This document shows, in pieces, positions 23,371-36,515 of a DNA stretch of 40,766 nucleotides. This DNA comes from Toensbergia leucococca (Eukaryota). The notes beneath the pieces are model-generated. The model saw only the letters and a list, made by a program, of their open reading frames with translations, ran no database searches and was not told the DNA's origin. The translations under genes and the position numbers were made by a program. Position 1 is the stretch's first letter, and every line of letters starts with the position of its first letter. Location of the stretch: assembly GCA_022813965.1 (NCBI GenBank), contig JALDZS010000204.1, forward strand, positions 1 through 40,766, read 5' to 3'.

Positions 23371-23962
23371 GTCTTAATTCTGCTCGCGCTTCTTTTCAAA
23401 AAGTGGGAATGAAGGAATGATTGTGGACCAAAGGCTCCCTCGTACGCTTAGACTTGTGAGGGAGTGCGAGTGCAGCTTCATTCATGCAACGCATCGTCTG
23501 TCGGCTAGGACGTACATGAGCTGCGAGGATAATCTCTCATTTCTAGTCCCGGAGGACTTCGGTCTTTGCGAATTCTAGGTGCATGAACTACCTCAGCGGC
23601 ATGCGTAAGATACACTAACTGGAAGACTGCCAAAGGTACCTACCTACCTACCTAACTCGTAGGTACCTTAGTGCTTTTAGTAAATGCACAGAGAGAGGCC
23701 CGCATCGCCGCTTTAAACTCTACCAAGCGAGCCAAGATACCTAGCCTTCATTTCGTTTCTCCTCGGACAATGATGCTGCTCCGATACCCACTATTGAGAA
23801 TGGAGGAGAATTGGTACAGAATAGGGAATGACAGTTTATCACTCGGAGTGCTGGCACGATACGGGTGACAGGTAGTCACTCTGACCCTCCCCCGTACCTA
23901 CGCGCAACTTAGAGCCTCATAACGTGGGCGTGTGGAATTTCCAAGTCCTCCGTCCTCCTATA

Positions 23963-26284
23963 ATGTCGACATCGAAGGCCATTGAGATTCAGCAAGAGTC
24001 ATACACACTCCATGAAACGCCAGCAATCCCGTTTCCATTTGAGGTCTACCTGAATGCCTTCAGTATTGTGCATTTCCTCTCCTGGACCCTCTGGCTACTT
24101 CACATTCTCACTCACTTAGCATTTGCCTACCAAATCAAACAAGATGCATCGCATGTGCCTTGGAGAATCTGGATCGCAGTACTCAGCGATTTACTTCTTG
24201 CCATCCCTGAGCTCCTCACGGCTTGCAACATCGGCCTCGCTCTCTGCACCGGCAAGGCTGCCCACCCTCGGCCCAGTTATCGATTACATGGTCGGGTGGC
24301 CCCATCCGTAGATATCATGATCACGGCCTGCGGTGAGCCGGCCGACATGGTCATCAATACCGTGGCCGCCGCCGCAGCGCAGGACTACCCACCGAAGCAG
24401 TTCCGCATCTTCGTCCTCGACGACAGCCGTGATGCTGATCTGAGACATGCCGTTGATCTTCTGAAGCTAGGTCTCGACAGAGTAGCCGGTCCACAAGTCA
24501 TCTATTTATCACGTACTGTAATGCCCGGCCAACCATCGTATTTCAAATCAGGTAACCTCCGATTCGGCATCGAGCAGAGCCAGCGCTTGGGAGAAGGATC
24601 AATGCTCTTGGCCGGCCTTGACGCCGACATGATTCCAGAGCCGAGTTGGCTGAGACAGATGGTTCCACATCTGCTTTTGAGAGAGGAGGTGGCGATTGCG
24701 TGTGGCCCACAGGTAAGAAATAACCAAACTGAAGATATCCTGCCCCCTTTACAACCCCTTGCCCCATTATGCAATCCTTAAGTAAACAAAGTCTTCCTCA
24801 TTCGTGACATCTGGCTCTGTAGCGGTACTATAACGTCCCCTCATCCGACCCTTTAGGCCAACAAGCCGATTTCGACATCTACTTCACTGTGCAGGAATTA
24901 CTTAATGATTATCTTGGCGCTCCTATGTGTACTGGCACTGGATACGTTGCCAGACGTAGTGCCATTGCGGAAATTGGTGGGTGGCCGCTGGCTTATACTG
25001 GGGAAGACTACATGTGCTCTGCGCTCTTGACAGGCGCTGGTTGGGACGTGGTATTTGTTCGCTCATTCTTGCAGACTGGACTTGCACCAGAATCATTGAC
25101 GGCTGCGATGAAGCAGCGGATGCGTTGGGTATGTTTTGTGTTGTGTTTGGCGCCTTTGAATGTTGCTCTCCTCCAGTCTCTGGGTTCTTTTCCGTATCCA
25201 TGGGACTTGATATCAACTGACTGATTTGCAAAGACGGACGCCGGTCTTGAAGTTCATCAAAGATTGGGACCCTACCTATCCACCTCGACCCTCACATCCC
25301 GTATGAAGCCCTCTGTAAGAGCCGTCAACATGATATACATTATCCGAGATTACTCTCCTCTCACTACGATTCTGGGAATGCTCCTTTTACCCCTAGTGTT
25401 AATACCAACACCAGGCGCTGATGACGATTTAATTGCTATTGCCAACAAGCATGGATTATTCATCTTCTGGGCTCAGACTCTTTTCCTGGCTACCCATATG
25501 GCTCGCACTCTTCGTGTATACCTCACGTACAGGCACCTTAACCTCTCGCTTGTGGCAAATATCCATAGCCAGGAAATGTGGTCGGCGCCTTGTGAGTAAC
25601 CGAGTTTCATCTTCTTTTCCATACCTAATCCTCCATTTCCGGCCGTATTAAGTCGATGGCTTGCATATTTCTCCTTCCCTCACCCAAGATCTCTTCGCAG
25701 CGTCAACCTCTCCCTCCCCTGACTTCCTCGAAAACAATGCCCCATCTTCATTCCCCAATAGAAGCGCACCCACTTACCATCCCTGTCCCTATCCAGACTC
25801 AGCCTACCGCTGCATCCTCGCCCTCCTTGAACTCCTACCCCTTTCCAGAAAATCCCAAACCCCACACTTCACCGTCTGCGGCACCATCTCAGACGAGACC
25901 AACGAACGTTCCAGCCTCCACTGCGCTCCGCTCCGCTCTCGCCTTGCCAGAATCGATATCCTCCTCTGCGCCCTCTACTCCCTCTATGCTTTTGTCCCTC
26001 TTTTTTGCCGCCTTGTTCCGTCGCGCGATGGCGCGTACCATCGTTTTCCCTTTCCGAGCTTTCTGATCAGAGAGTTGACGCTTGTGATCGCGGTCGCTAA
26101 GCCGGTCGTGTATATGATTTGGCCGCCGATGGCGCCTTGTTGGGATGAACTTGTTGAAGAGGACAGAGATGGCGTCAAACGACCTAGAAAGAGAAGGGAG
26201 CTAAATGAAGGTGCGGCTGGGTGGTGGGTGGTTGAGCTTGTTTGTGAGGGTTTGATTATCTTGGTTTGTTTTGCGCCTTGGTAA
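23963..26284 (+). CDS. Membrane-bound GT2 glycosyltransferase (cellulose-synthase-like D,D,D,QxxRW), 4 exons
   Basis: Exons about 23963-24712, 24823-25128, 25234-25592, 25797-26284. Motifs VDIMITACGE, VLDD, KSGNL, LDADMIP, CTGTGY, GEDY, KQRMRW, with N- and C-terminal TM helices. Confidence 0.88.
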
Positions 26285-27172
26285 ATGTTGCGAATTTAAA
26301 GATTAATGGCAAGGGAGGCCAGAAAGCTCAGGAGGAAGAGATGTGTGAGAGACTGGAAGATGTAAAGGGGATTATCGGATTATTGATAGATGAAAGTGGG
26401 AGGAGGAGGTTTGGGGGCTTTTTCACAAGTCACATGAAGCTTTTTCTCAAGATTTGGGAAAAGGTTGGTTTGTGCTTGAGTGGGGGAGAGCGTGTTTCCA
26501 ACCTTTTTTCTTTTTCTTTTTCTCTTTCATCATCCCTTTTCACATTTATTATAAAGTATATTCTAGATTTTAAATTACGCGTTTAGCTCACATCTGAAGG
26601 GGGCAACCACCCTCGAGCCACCTAGTTATTTTCAATAACCTCAAAAGGAATTGTATGGAGATGTGACTGATGATCAGCTTCCCCACAACCGGTTTTTTCT
26701 ATTCGCTGTCAAACAGTTCACATGTTGGATTCCGTTGATTTTTTTTTCCCCCGTTGATTCAAAAATCGCTCCTCCCTTCTAACCCTCCATGCCTCGGATA
26801 GACAGACCTTCGGCAATGTTCTCAATCGATCATCTGGGTCTAAGCAGAACACTCACCCAAGTATAATGTGTACTCCATGTTCTTTTGCCACTGCTTTCCT
26901 AGCCTTTGACTGGCGTTCTCAGCTTTTCCGTTGACTGTAGCACTCAACTCCATGATGTGTGCGAGTGGGTCTGATAGATGCATCTCTTTGAAGTACCATG
27001 TTTTAATCACGGCATGTAGTAAAAGCTATTCTGATTACTTTATCCATCCTAAATGTCTTTACCCAGAGCTCTATGAGATACTTTCCAAATTGCCCCATTG
27101 GTAAGATATCAAAACAACCAACACGCAAGACACTACTACAGCAACGAACGCTATTCTGAGCAGGTTCTCCTA

Positions 27173-30100
27173 CTACCTCAAAGAGCCATCTGGAGCTCCC
27201 TCGTCTTTCTTCGCTGCCGGCTTCGGAAAGAACCCGACGTCGATCAAATACTTCACGTTCCTCCTCAACGCAAGCTCCGTGCCATGAATCTCCGTCAGTG
27301 GCCTAGTTCCTTCCCCAATATTCGCCCCGTCTCTTTCTAGCACGTGCAATAACGGGAACAGCAAATGCCTTTCCTGCGCCTCCAAGACTTTTTCTCGCAG
27401 GCCGGCCATCCACTCTTCGTGCCCTACGCCTTTCAAGTGGTATCCAAAATCCTCGGACAAAATTTTCCAGATATCGGAAAAGCGCAGGCCGTCTAGCACC
27501 CTCTGTACACTTCCGTCGCTACCCTCTGATCTCTCATCGTCATCGCCGTTCGAGATACAAGACACTACTGCGCGAGCTACTCGATCCACGTCCGCGATAA
27601 ACAACCAGTGCGCTTCTTCGTCAACGTTGTACGCTCCAATTTCGATGCATCCGGCGATCAGCCGCCAGATGAAATCGCTCTGATTGGCGATGCCATTGGT
27701 GGGCGAGCCCATTATGTACCCGGGTTTGACTATGTGAAGACGTTTGCTCCGAAATTGCGGGAGCGTGACGCATCCTCGCACGAGGTGCTCAGCGACTACT
27801 TTCGTTTGCGTGTAGCCACCCGCCGAGCGCAGTTGGGTGGAGTCGGAGGAAGGCTGAAGAGTGGAGTGATTCGCGTTGGGCTTCTCTCCCCCGCCGACGA
27901 AGAGAAAGGCCAATATATGAGCAGAAGTGGCCGTGATTCTTAGCAGTTCGATAGCCGAAGTTACGTTAGTAGGTTTGAGAGTCTGGTAGTCGGAGCTGTA
28001 GTGCACTCTTGCTCCATTGTGTATGATGGCATGGATGCAAATATCTCGTGGATCAGTTTGCCCGCGTAGGATTCGGAGCTCAGAGTCACCTAGCCCGAGA
28101 TTGTCATCTTTGAGGTCACCTCTCCAGACATGGATCCTAGACCTATGCGAGTTTTGCCACCAACCGCTGGCAATGGCGATACTCATGATGCGTTCTAGGC
28201 CCAACGACTCAGTAGCACAACGCACGAGTGCGAACACATGTACGGTAGGCCTCGCCATGAGCTGCTGCAGGATGGACGACCCGAGGTATCCGGTTGCGCC
28301 TGTGAGGAGGATGTTTTGGACAGAATTATGGGGCCTCATGCCATCGTTCGAGGGGCAAGTTCCAAAGCTTCCGAGTAATTCCTCGCTCAACCTCCGAGAC
28401 TCATGGTAAAAATCAAATGCGACCATTTGCTGCGGACCCGTTAGGGCCTGGCTTCGACCCTCAAGCAGAGTTGCGAGTTCTCGAATCGTGGTACGAGCAC
28501 TGAGCAGCAGGTCTAATGGCACACTGGTCGAGTAGTGTTTTCTAACGAACAACAAGAGCGAAATTATCTGAATCGAATCAATCCCAATATCGTGAAGGGC
28601 AAAGTTGTGACCTTCGAGGTTTGTCCGCGTGAACATGTCATTGGGAGCCACAAGCTCTGCAACTTTGCGGCTTAAGCGATGCGCTGTGTTCTCATTAGTC
28701 TCAAGAGCGCCACATGTAGGTATTACTTGATCACTGCTCCTTGTACAATCCAGTGTAGCAAGCCAGGTACCCACTGCTTTTCGATCGATTTTCAGTGATG
28801 GTACGAAAGGCAGATTTCTGACCACAAGACATACTGTTGGAATCATATAAGTCGGAAGTGCTTTTAAGAGATGTTCTTTCATGCGTTCTGTGCTAAGAGA
28901 CTGAATAGGATCAATGCAAATGGGGCTCTTGTGAGGTCGAGAGTGCACAACGCTCGCGCTGCGCATCTGTACGACAGCGACCAGCTTGCCGGCGAAAGGT
29001 CCTTCATCTGGCCGGGTGACCACTGACGTAGCGACGTCCGGTATGGATACAAGATGGTGCTCTATCTCACCCGGTTCGATGCGCTGGCCGCGGAGCTTGA
29101 TCTGAGAATCTTTCCGGCCTACGAAATCATAAGAACCGTCAAAAGACTCCGTATTGAGCCTCAAGAGATCTCCTGTCTTGTAAAAGCGTGTTACGCTCAG
29201 CGCTAGGCTTTTTCCCCATCGAGGGTTGTCAAGAAACGACATTCGGGTCTTTGATTCGTTGTTAAGATAGCCGCGTGTCAAGCTGGGTCCCGCAACGACC
29301 AGCTCGCCGACAGCACCAACCGGGACAAGAAACTCGGCGTCGTCCGGATCTACAAGCCAACAGGAACAACTCTGAAGCGGGAGGCCGTTACATTCCGGCT
29401 GCGTATCGCTTTGTAGGGGCATCGTAAGAACAATACCTGCCTCAGCCGGCCCGTAAATCTGAATCAGTGTTACATTTTTTGCCCAGCGCTGAATCACATT
29501 TTGTGGAAGTCTTTCACCTCCAACAGCGAGGAATTTCAGCGACGGCACCTCAGACGGCTCGATGAGCTCAGCAAAAGAGGGTGTTAAGATGGCATGGTTC
29601 ACTCCCATACTATTGATTACACCCACGATGTTGCATCGCCGGTCCTCTTCGGAGGGTATGCAAACACATCCTCCGAACAACAAAGTGGTGAAAATATCCA
29701 TGACGGCCACGTCAAATGTGTGAGCGGCGAACTGTAACACGCGAACGCCATGATAGGCCATTAATTTTCCATGTGTTAGAGCATGCGTACATATAGCTCC
29801 GTGATCATGAATCATCCCCTTTGGCTGGCCAGTGGATCCTGATGTAAAGAAGACTAAGATTGGATCACTAGACTTGACGACCGCAGCATAGGCCTTATGA
29901 GTCCCATTGAGCTGACTTATACCGGCCGAAATTGTGTTCCTGGAAACAACAATCACACGCTTCACCCAAGGTTCGAACTTGAAGGCGAATTTCTCCATCG
30001 TAACTATGATTTCTGCATTAGTGCTAGTCAAGATCTCTTGGAGTCGGGCTTCTGGGTCGTGTGGATTAAGCGGCACGAAAGCACCTCCTGCTTTCAAGAT

Positions 30101-31347
30101 TCCCAACATAGCCACCACAGTCCAAAGGCTTTTCTCGTAAGCGAAAGGAACGTAAACTCCACGGCCAACACCGAGGGAGATTAATCGCTGAGCGACATTC
30201 GACGAAAGCCTATCGAGGTCTAGATATGTTAGGTCTCCATCCCAAGCACAAACAGCTTCTGCACTAGGAATTTCTCGAGCCTTTGTTTCGAAGAGATGAT
30301 GCATGCAACTGTCCTGCATCAGGGCGAAAGGATCTTCAGGATTCCATAAAGCCATCTGTTGCATGTCGTCCTTGCTGATTGCACATAAGATGTCCGTTCG
30401 AGCCTCGTCCATTGCGACTTCTTTCAGGATTGTCCGAAAGGTAGCGGCAATAGCATAGGCGTACTTTTGGGAGACATTGTGGCGCTTATAGCTGATAGTG
30501 GCCCCAGCCAAGTCTGTGCTAATGTTGAGTATAAGGTCGAACTGATACATGGAATGTTAGAGACTGGCTAGCAGTACTTGATGCACCCAATTCGTTTTCT
30601 ATTCAAAAAAGAAAAAACTGACAATGGCTTTTGATAAAGAGGCCGAAGTTGCTTTTAAACTTGAGCTTTGAAGTGCCATCAAGAAGGCAGGTGAATTGTA
30701 GAAATAATGACCACTTTATCGTCCGGACTTGTGGTTTCAGAGATATGTTTTGCTGAATGGAACATGAAAGTAGAGAAACACGAGCAGTTCTACAGACGAG
30801 TTGCATTCTCATAAAAGGCTCCTGTGAGTGTAATCGAAAAAGTACCTACCATATGAACAAAATCATTATTTTGAGATTCTAGCAACTGGGATAGCCTTCC
30901 ATTGTCTCCTCCATTAACCAACGACAAAGACCCAGAGAAGTCTATCGCTGTATTGATCCGAGCATCTCTCAAGGCACGCGAAAAGTACCTCTCTAAACGA
31001 GCTTCATGAGTCCTCTTGAAAATGCGCTTGTTAAGGGTCTGATACTCCAGAACCAAAAGTTTGGTGGATGCAATTGAACATGTTCCGTTCAGCGGACAAT
31101 ATGTAACGAAAGACACGATATTGTTTCGGGTGTAGGTACACAGTAGACTTGCCCAGGCACTTTGTAACAAGTCTTCTGCAGCCTCAATCTTCGAGATGTA
31201 TTCCCAAGTGGCTTCCTCATGTTCGAAGATGTTGATCGATTCGTACTGGGGACCGTGGTTCAGACTCCCCGACTCTCTTCTCGTGCCGGTAGGAAAATGA
31301 CAGTGATGGTAGATGAGGTCTTCGGGAATCTCTAATGTGGAGCCCAT
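27173..31347 (-). CDS. Single-module NRPS-like enzyme: truncated C domain - A - T - terminal thioester reductase (R), about 1290 aa
   Basis: Exon 1 31347-30850 (C-domain remnant LLQSAWASLL..IVSF, INTAID) and exon 2 30541-27173. A motifs FTSGSTGQPKG, FAAHTFD, YGPAE, GELVVAGP, YKTGDL, GRKDSQIKLRGQRIE, LPTYMIP, LKIDRK. T motif IGIDSI. R motifs LLTGATGYLG, IIHNGA, YTQTK. Start codon and exon 1 are less certain. Confidence 0.92.
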
Positions 31348-31878
31348 CTCCAGCGTCAACACCGAAGCACCGAAGCTCTGCCAATTGTCTCTCCTCCAAC
31401 CAAGCATAAATGTCAGATGACATGGTAGAGAAGACGACAGTCACGTGGGCCATTGTAGCTATAGTCAATCGATCTCATGCCCATCAGCCCAGATCCGAGA
31501 CAGGAGCCATCGTCTGAGATTGAGGTAGACTTGAGCGTTCGTTAGGGCCCTGCTGGTCTCGATTCGCAATGGCCATGACCATCTGCGACGATCTGAGCTT
31601 CAGGTGCCGCTTGGACTCGCGACCGGCTTTGGAGGCATGCACAAGCATAGTGAGAAAGTAAGTGTTTGCAGATTCTGGACTTTGTATCATCTCCGCCACT
31701 GATTGAGAGTGATAATCTAATGCACATCGGTTGGTAGAGGTCGGCGCAAGCAGGTAGGCGAAGCTAATAAGGCCGAGATTAAGTAGTGACGTCTTAGCAC
31801 TATCTTGATAGGCCGAGTACCTTATAAGAAGGCCGTGTTCTACTGTTTCTGGCTTCAAACTAGTGTAGTTCTATTCTC

Positions 31879-31906
31879 TGCAATGCAATGCAATGCAATG
31901 CAATGC
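31879..31906 (+). repeat. (TGCAA)n microsatellite in the NRPS/oxygenase divergent promoter
   Basis: Read directly: tgcaatgcaatgcaatgcaatgcaatgc. Confidence 0.8.
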
Positions 31907-32783
31907 GCCGCGATACAAATTGTCTCATCAATGGTGTTGTTTGATGTAGCTTTGATAAGATCAAGATTGAGGAGGAGTGAGCCGAGCGTCTCCATTGGGA
32001 TTCCATAAGTGGAGGCGGGGTCGAGTGCGGGTGCGGGCGCGGGTTATGAATAATACCGTCGGTGCCGTCGGTGCCGTCGAGACTAGAATATAATACTGTA
32101 GTGTACCATAAATACGCTAGAGTCTTTTAGCGGTTACTTTGCTCCTTTGCTCCTTTGCTCGATTTGGCTACCTATCCTGCTACCTTACCTTACCTATTCA
32201 GTCTTCTTCAATGATGCAAGCCTCCCCTCATTTGAGTGAGCGGCTTGCATTTCGCTCATCTGTAGACTGCTAATGTAGAGCACGTATGATAGTCCAAGAT
32301 CAGCGGTAGAACACCGTATTTCTCGTCTTATCTTCCTCTTTCCAATGATTGCAAAGCGCAGCTTGAAAGCTTAGGTTGTCAAAGTTTCTCCTAGAACGGA
32401 TACAAGAAGACGTCTGTCGGTTTACAAACTTCTCGCATCATGCCTAGATGATTCTAGGCTCAAGCAATCATTCAGTGCGAACGCTTGGTTTTTTCTTTGC
32501 TTGGCCTATTCGAGGGATACTAATTGAACAAGCCTATGAGTGTTTGATTTCTTCCTGGTCCACCCGTAAGGGTATTGAGCTTCTGCACACTATTTTACTT
32601 GCTCAGCCCAGCAAGACTACCCATAAGAGGGCAGAAGAGTCTCATTAACGCTGTGGCTGGATGTGGTGAATAAAGGCCGTCTTTCCATCTCTCCATCTCA
32701 CGCCAAACCTTTCCACCGAGCAGGGAGACACCTTGAATCGGATTTTGAGGAGAGACCCAATCACTCCCTCGCCATTCTCCAAG

Positions 32784-33903
32784 ATGAGCTTGCCAACGCT
32801 TGATCTTTCTCTTTTCGCCAATGGAAGTGACACAAACTCCCGACAGTTCGCATCAGACTTATTTCGGGGCCTGCGTCAATATGGATTTGTGAGAATTGTA
32901 AATCATGGATTTACTGATCTCGCAGTCGCGAAGCTGTTTGAATGGGTAAGTGTAGAACGACCTTTGAATGATGATCAGACGGGTCTTCTGACAGGAGAAA
33001 TTGTCGACATGTAGAGTAGATTGTTTTTTCAGATGAAGCCGGAAGACAAATTCTCAATAGCACATCAACCGGGGCCTGATCCGCAGCGTGGGTGGAGCAA
33101 AGTCGGCGCCGAGAACAGCTCCACACTATATCAGAAGGGTTTGCTCAAGTCTCAAGTGGCAGATGACCTAAGGGACGCACGAGTGAGCCAGATGTAGAGA
33201 ACTCGCTCTGTCCCCACATTTTTGACGACTGCAGGAGCACTTCGATCAAGGGCCAAAAAGCGATCATCACTATCTCAACAAATGGCCCGATGAAAGCGTG
33301 CTGCCAGGTTTCCGTGAGCATTTGGAGGACGCGTTCGAGAGGCTGGAACAGATCAGTGCCCGTGTCATGGAGGCCCTCGAAGTGGCCTTGAATCTACCTT
33401 CGGGCGCATTGTTGGATCGAATGACGCACAAAGGAAATGCGAGCGAGATGCGCTTGAACCACTACCCTGCAATCGATTTAGAAGATATCAAGCGCGGGAA
33501 GGTAAGCCGAATCTGGCCTCATTTTGATTTAGGTGTCATCACTCTCCTGTTTCAAGATGGGGTTGGTGGACTGGAGTTCGAGAACAGAGAGCAGCATGGT
33601 ACTTTCAGCCGTGTTGCGTGTGGAAAACAGTCAGATATGATTGTCAATGTGAGCGAAACTCTGCAACGTTGGACCAACGACGTATTACCTGCCGGTCTCC
33701 ACCGAGTCAATCTACCCGATTATCTGGAGGACACGGATGCCGGGACGCTCCCAGAGAGATATTCGATTGCGTACTTTTGCAAGGCCGATCGGGGGGCGTC
33801 TGTTGGCCCACTCAAAGAATTCTTGGTGGAGGGTTCACAACCGTTGTATCGAGAGATGAGCGCGATTGAGTATCATCAGCACAGGCTGCAATCAGCTTAC
33901 TGA
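32784..33903 (+). CDS. 2OG-Fe(II) dioxygenase, HtyE/GloF-like (fungal proline-hydroxylase type), 3 exons, 332 aa
   Basis: Exons 32784-32945, 33015-33182, 33235-33903. LPTLDLS..GFVRIVNHG, HQPGPDPQRGWSKVGAE, EHFDQG..NKWP, SEMRLNHYP, HFD triad, LLFQDGVGGLE, LQRWTN, LHRV, RYSIAYFCKADR, C-terminal AIEYHQHRLQSAY. Confidence 0.9.
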
Positions 33904-34482
33904 AAGTGATCCTGGCGTGCATCCTACATGTTTGCTCTAGAATGTTTGCCATGGCGAGAATTGTAGTAGATATCCCAAGGCTATTTGACCTAGCTTCCTC
34001 GAAAGACTCCACCTATAAGATTAACAAAGTGGGCTAGGTATTAGACACTGGCACAAATTTGAATACCATCTTGTTTTCCACTGGACTCGCCTTTGATAGC
34101 TTTGGATGTTGAGGATTTGAGAACAACCTGTGTAGTTAAGAGATTACTGTTACGTCAGTTGATACAAAGCTATAGCAAGCAGCCATTGTGTTGTACTACG
34201 AGTACGAGTACGAGTCCATCAGTCCAGAAATAGAAATGACGTCATGTGACCCCATTACAGGCGAGGTCCGGAATATCTACGGATAATCTCAATATAATTT
34301 TATCAATTCCATCAATTCCATCTTTTCCATCTGTCGTCGGCAACCAAGCAAAGGATTGTTGAGGTTTAGAATAGTACTGGACACTTAGGATTTGCGATTA
34401 CTTCCATCACATCAACAATGACAACACCAATGAACCATCGCCGCTGGCTCCGGTCTATGCAACCAAGAGGTATGATCTTCAA

Positions 34483-35980
34483 TTACGGCTCACCAGCTCT
34501 CCGACACCCATCTAAGGCAGAAATCGCATGGCCTCTCCAGAATGCTGACCCTCCAGTCACCAGGAAGACAAAGACCAGCATGATAGAGCTCATTATGCCC
34601 ATTATCAGAGACATAGCCGACCATCCCAACCACTCTTTGATAAAGCCAGCATAGAGGGGTCCGACCATTGAGCCTGCCGCGAAAGCACAGTTCAAGAGCC
34701 CATATGCCTGCGCAATCGCCCCGAAAGGCCCAAAGATGCCAGGCCTGGCTTGCTCGATTTCCTGGACGGCAGAAGTGATCTCTGTAATTAGTGGAGGCTG
34801 GGCTATGGTGACGGCCGATCCAAAAGAAAACAACAAGGCTGCAAGCTTCGTATATGGCGCGGTCACGCTCGCAACAATCAGTCGGAGGAGGATCAGGCTT
34901 GGGATCATAAGCACGAGACCACCCACTGCGGGCCATTTGGCACCGTATCGATCCTTGAGTGTCCCGCTAATAGGTGAAAACAGCGAGGGAACACAGAGGA
35001 CGAGGAACAAGACGGCAATCTGGGATGGACTGATCCCCAAGGTTTGGTATACATAGACTGGCATGACGCCATCAAATCCGTTTGAAAAGCTGTTTATGGT
35101 GAAGAGGCTCAATATCGCTACCAAAAACCTTGGCGAGGCAAGCATTACGAGGATTGGAAAGCGAGCAGCTTTGACGCTAGGTCCTCCCAAGAGTGCTTCT
35201 GTCTCTGTCGACGAGCCTCCTGATTTGATGGATTCCTTAAGGCTTGGCTGAGACGGAATTCTTTTCCCGCATATGACCGTGAGGCGTAAGATGATATCTA
35301 CGGCAATAAGGACAAAAGCTGGAATGAAGACGTGGACATAGCCTCCATACTCATAAAGCACTCCTCCGACCGCAGGGCCCGTAAGAATCCCCAAGCTTAC
35401 GCTCATACCAGTATAACCCGTCGCTCTTCCTATGCCTTCTTGTCCAACGACGTCAAAGAGAAGCGTAGAGCCGAGGGTGAAAGTGACAGCGCCCGACAAG
35501 CCTTGCAGAATCCGTGCGATGACGAAAGTAGGAAGTGTGTTACCCCCGGCAAACAGGGCGGTAGTTGCTCCTAGAGCTAGTAAGCCGACTACGAAAGGCG
35601 TTTGTCGACTAGGTATTCGATCTCCAATCCAACCAAATATCACTAGGTGTTGAATTCGAGTCAGCCATCTATCATTTATACCGACAAGCTGTTAATCGAA
35701 ATCGATAGAATGCACAACTGAGTGGACAAAGATAGAGTTCAGAAGTCTCATGGATAGGGAATTTCGACACACAGGATCCAACCATTTGCGACGCGCCATA
35801 CAGTGCCAGCAGTATGGAATTCCACTTCTGAATGTCTTCTTGTGGCAGTCCAACACGCTCTGATAGAGCATAGGGAAGTATAGGTACAATGAGGTTGGAA
35901 AGGAGCAAATCAGTGTAGATTGCTACACACACAACCAGAGTAACAAAGGCGTTGGACGAGCGGAACTTGCGAAAAGACAT
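34483..35980 (-). CDS. MFS transporter (DHA1/amine-transporter-like), 2 exons
   Basis: FRSSNAFVTLVVCVAIYTDLLLSNLIVPILPYAL, FGWIGDRIPSRQTPF, ARILQGLSGA, GPAVGGVLYE, AQAYGLLNCAFAAGSMVGP. Intron about 35646-35773. Confidence 0.9.
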
Positions 35981-36515
35981 GATTCTAATTGCTCAGGATT
36001 TGGTAAGATTTGAGGGGGATGTGTCAAGCGAAGTAATTGGAAGATGATAGCACAAGACGTCAACCAACGATCATATCCTACACATAGGGGCTTCATGCGA
36101 CTAACACCGAAGGACATCTAGATCCATGACGATGTAAATCCTCAAAGCGGAACGATAGATCTAGCGCCCTGATCGGACAGTGACACTGGGTTCTGGGTAT
36201 CCATGGATCTTAGCTTAGCCCACTTTCATGGACGGTACATGCCATTGGTAGGGTCCCCCAATGGGGTGCAACTCATAGGGTATTGACATCAAGGCTAATG
36301 CAGAAGCGCATCATGTCGCAAAGCATGTCAAAAACCTCCTTTGAGTCATTTGGATCAATACTTTCTATTAACATTGCCATACATCTCCTAGTCTTAGTCT
36401 CTCATTAAAACACGGCCAATGTGATCTTGATTGGGCCAACATCGACAATTAACTCGGCGGCATAAGGCCAGGTACACGGTCCTCCAAGAAGAAGAAACGC
36501 TCCGAAAGATCTTCT

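Noticed and set aside
27173..31347. Housekeeping alpha-aminoadipate reductase (LYS2) or isocyanide synthase hybrid
   Set aside because: The A domain has NRPS-type motifs (FAAHTFD, AGGAFVPL) with a C-domain remnant rather than Lys2 signatures. No isocyanide synthase domain is seen.
31484..31858. 124-aa minus-strand ORF upstream of the NRPS-like gene
   Set aside because: No C-domain or other similarity and no clear splice link to exon 1. It lies in the divergent promoter.
7376..33903. Beta-lactam or monobactam pathway suggested by IPNS-like oxygenases, sulfotransferase and methyltransferase
   Set aside because: There is no multimodular ACV-type NRPS or TE domain. The single module ends in a reductase, and the oxygenases show the generic 2OG-binding RxS pattern.
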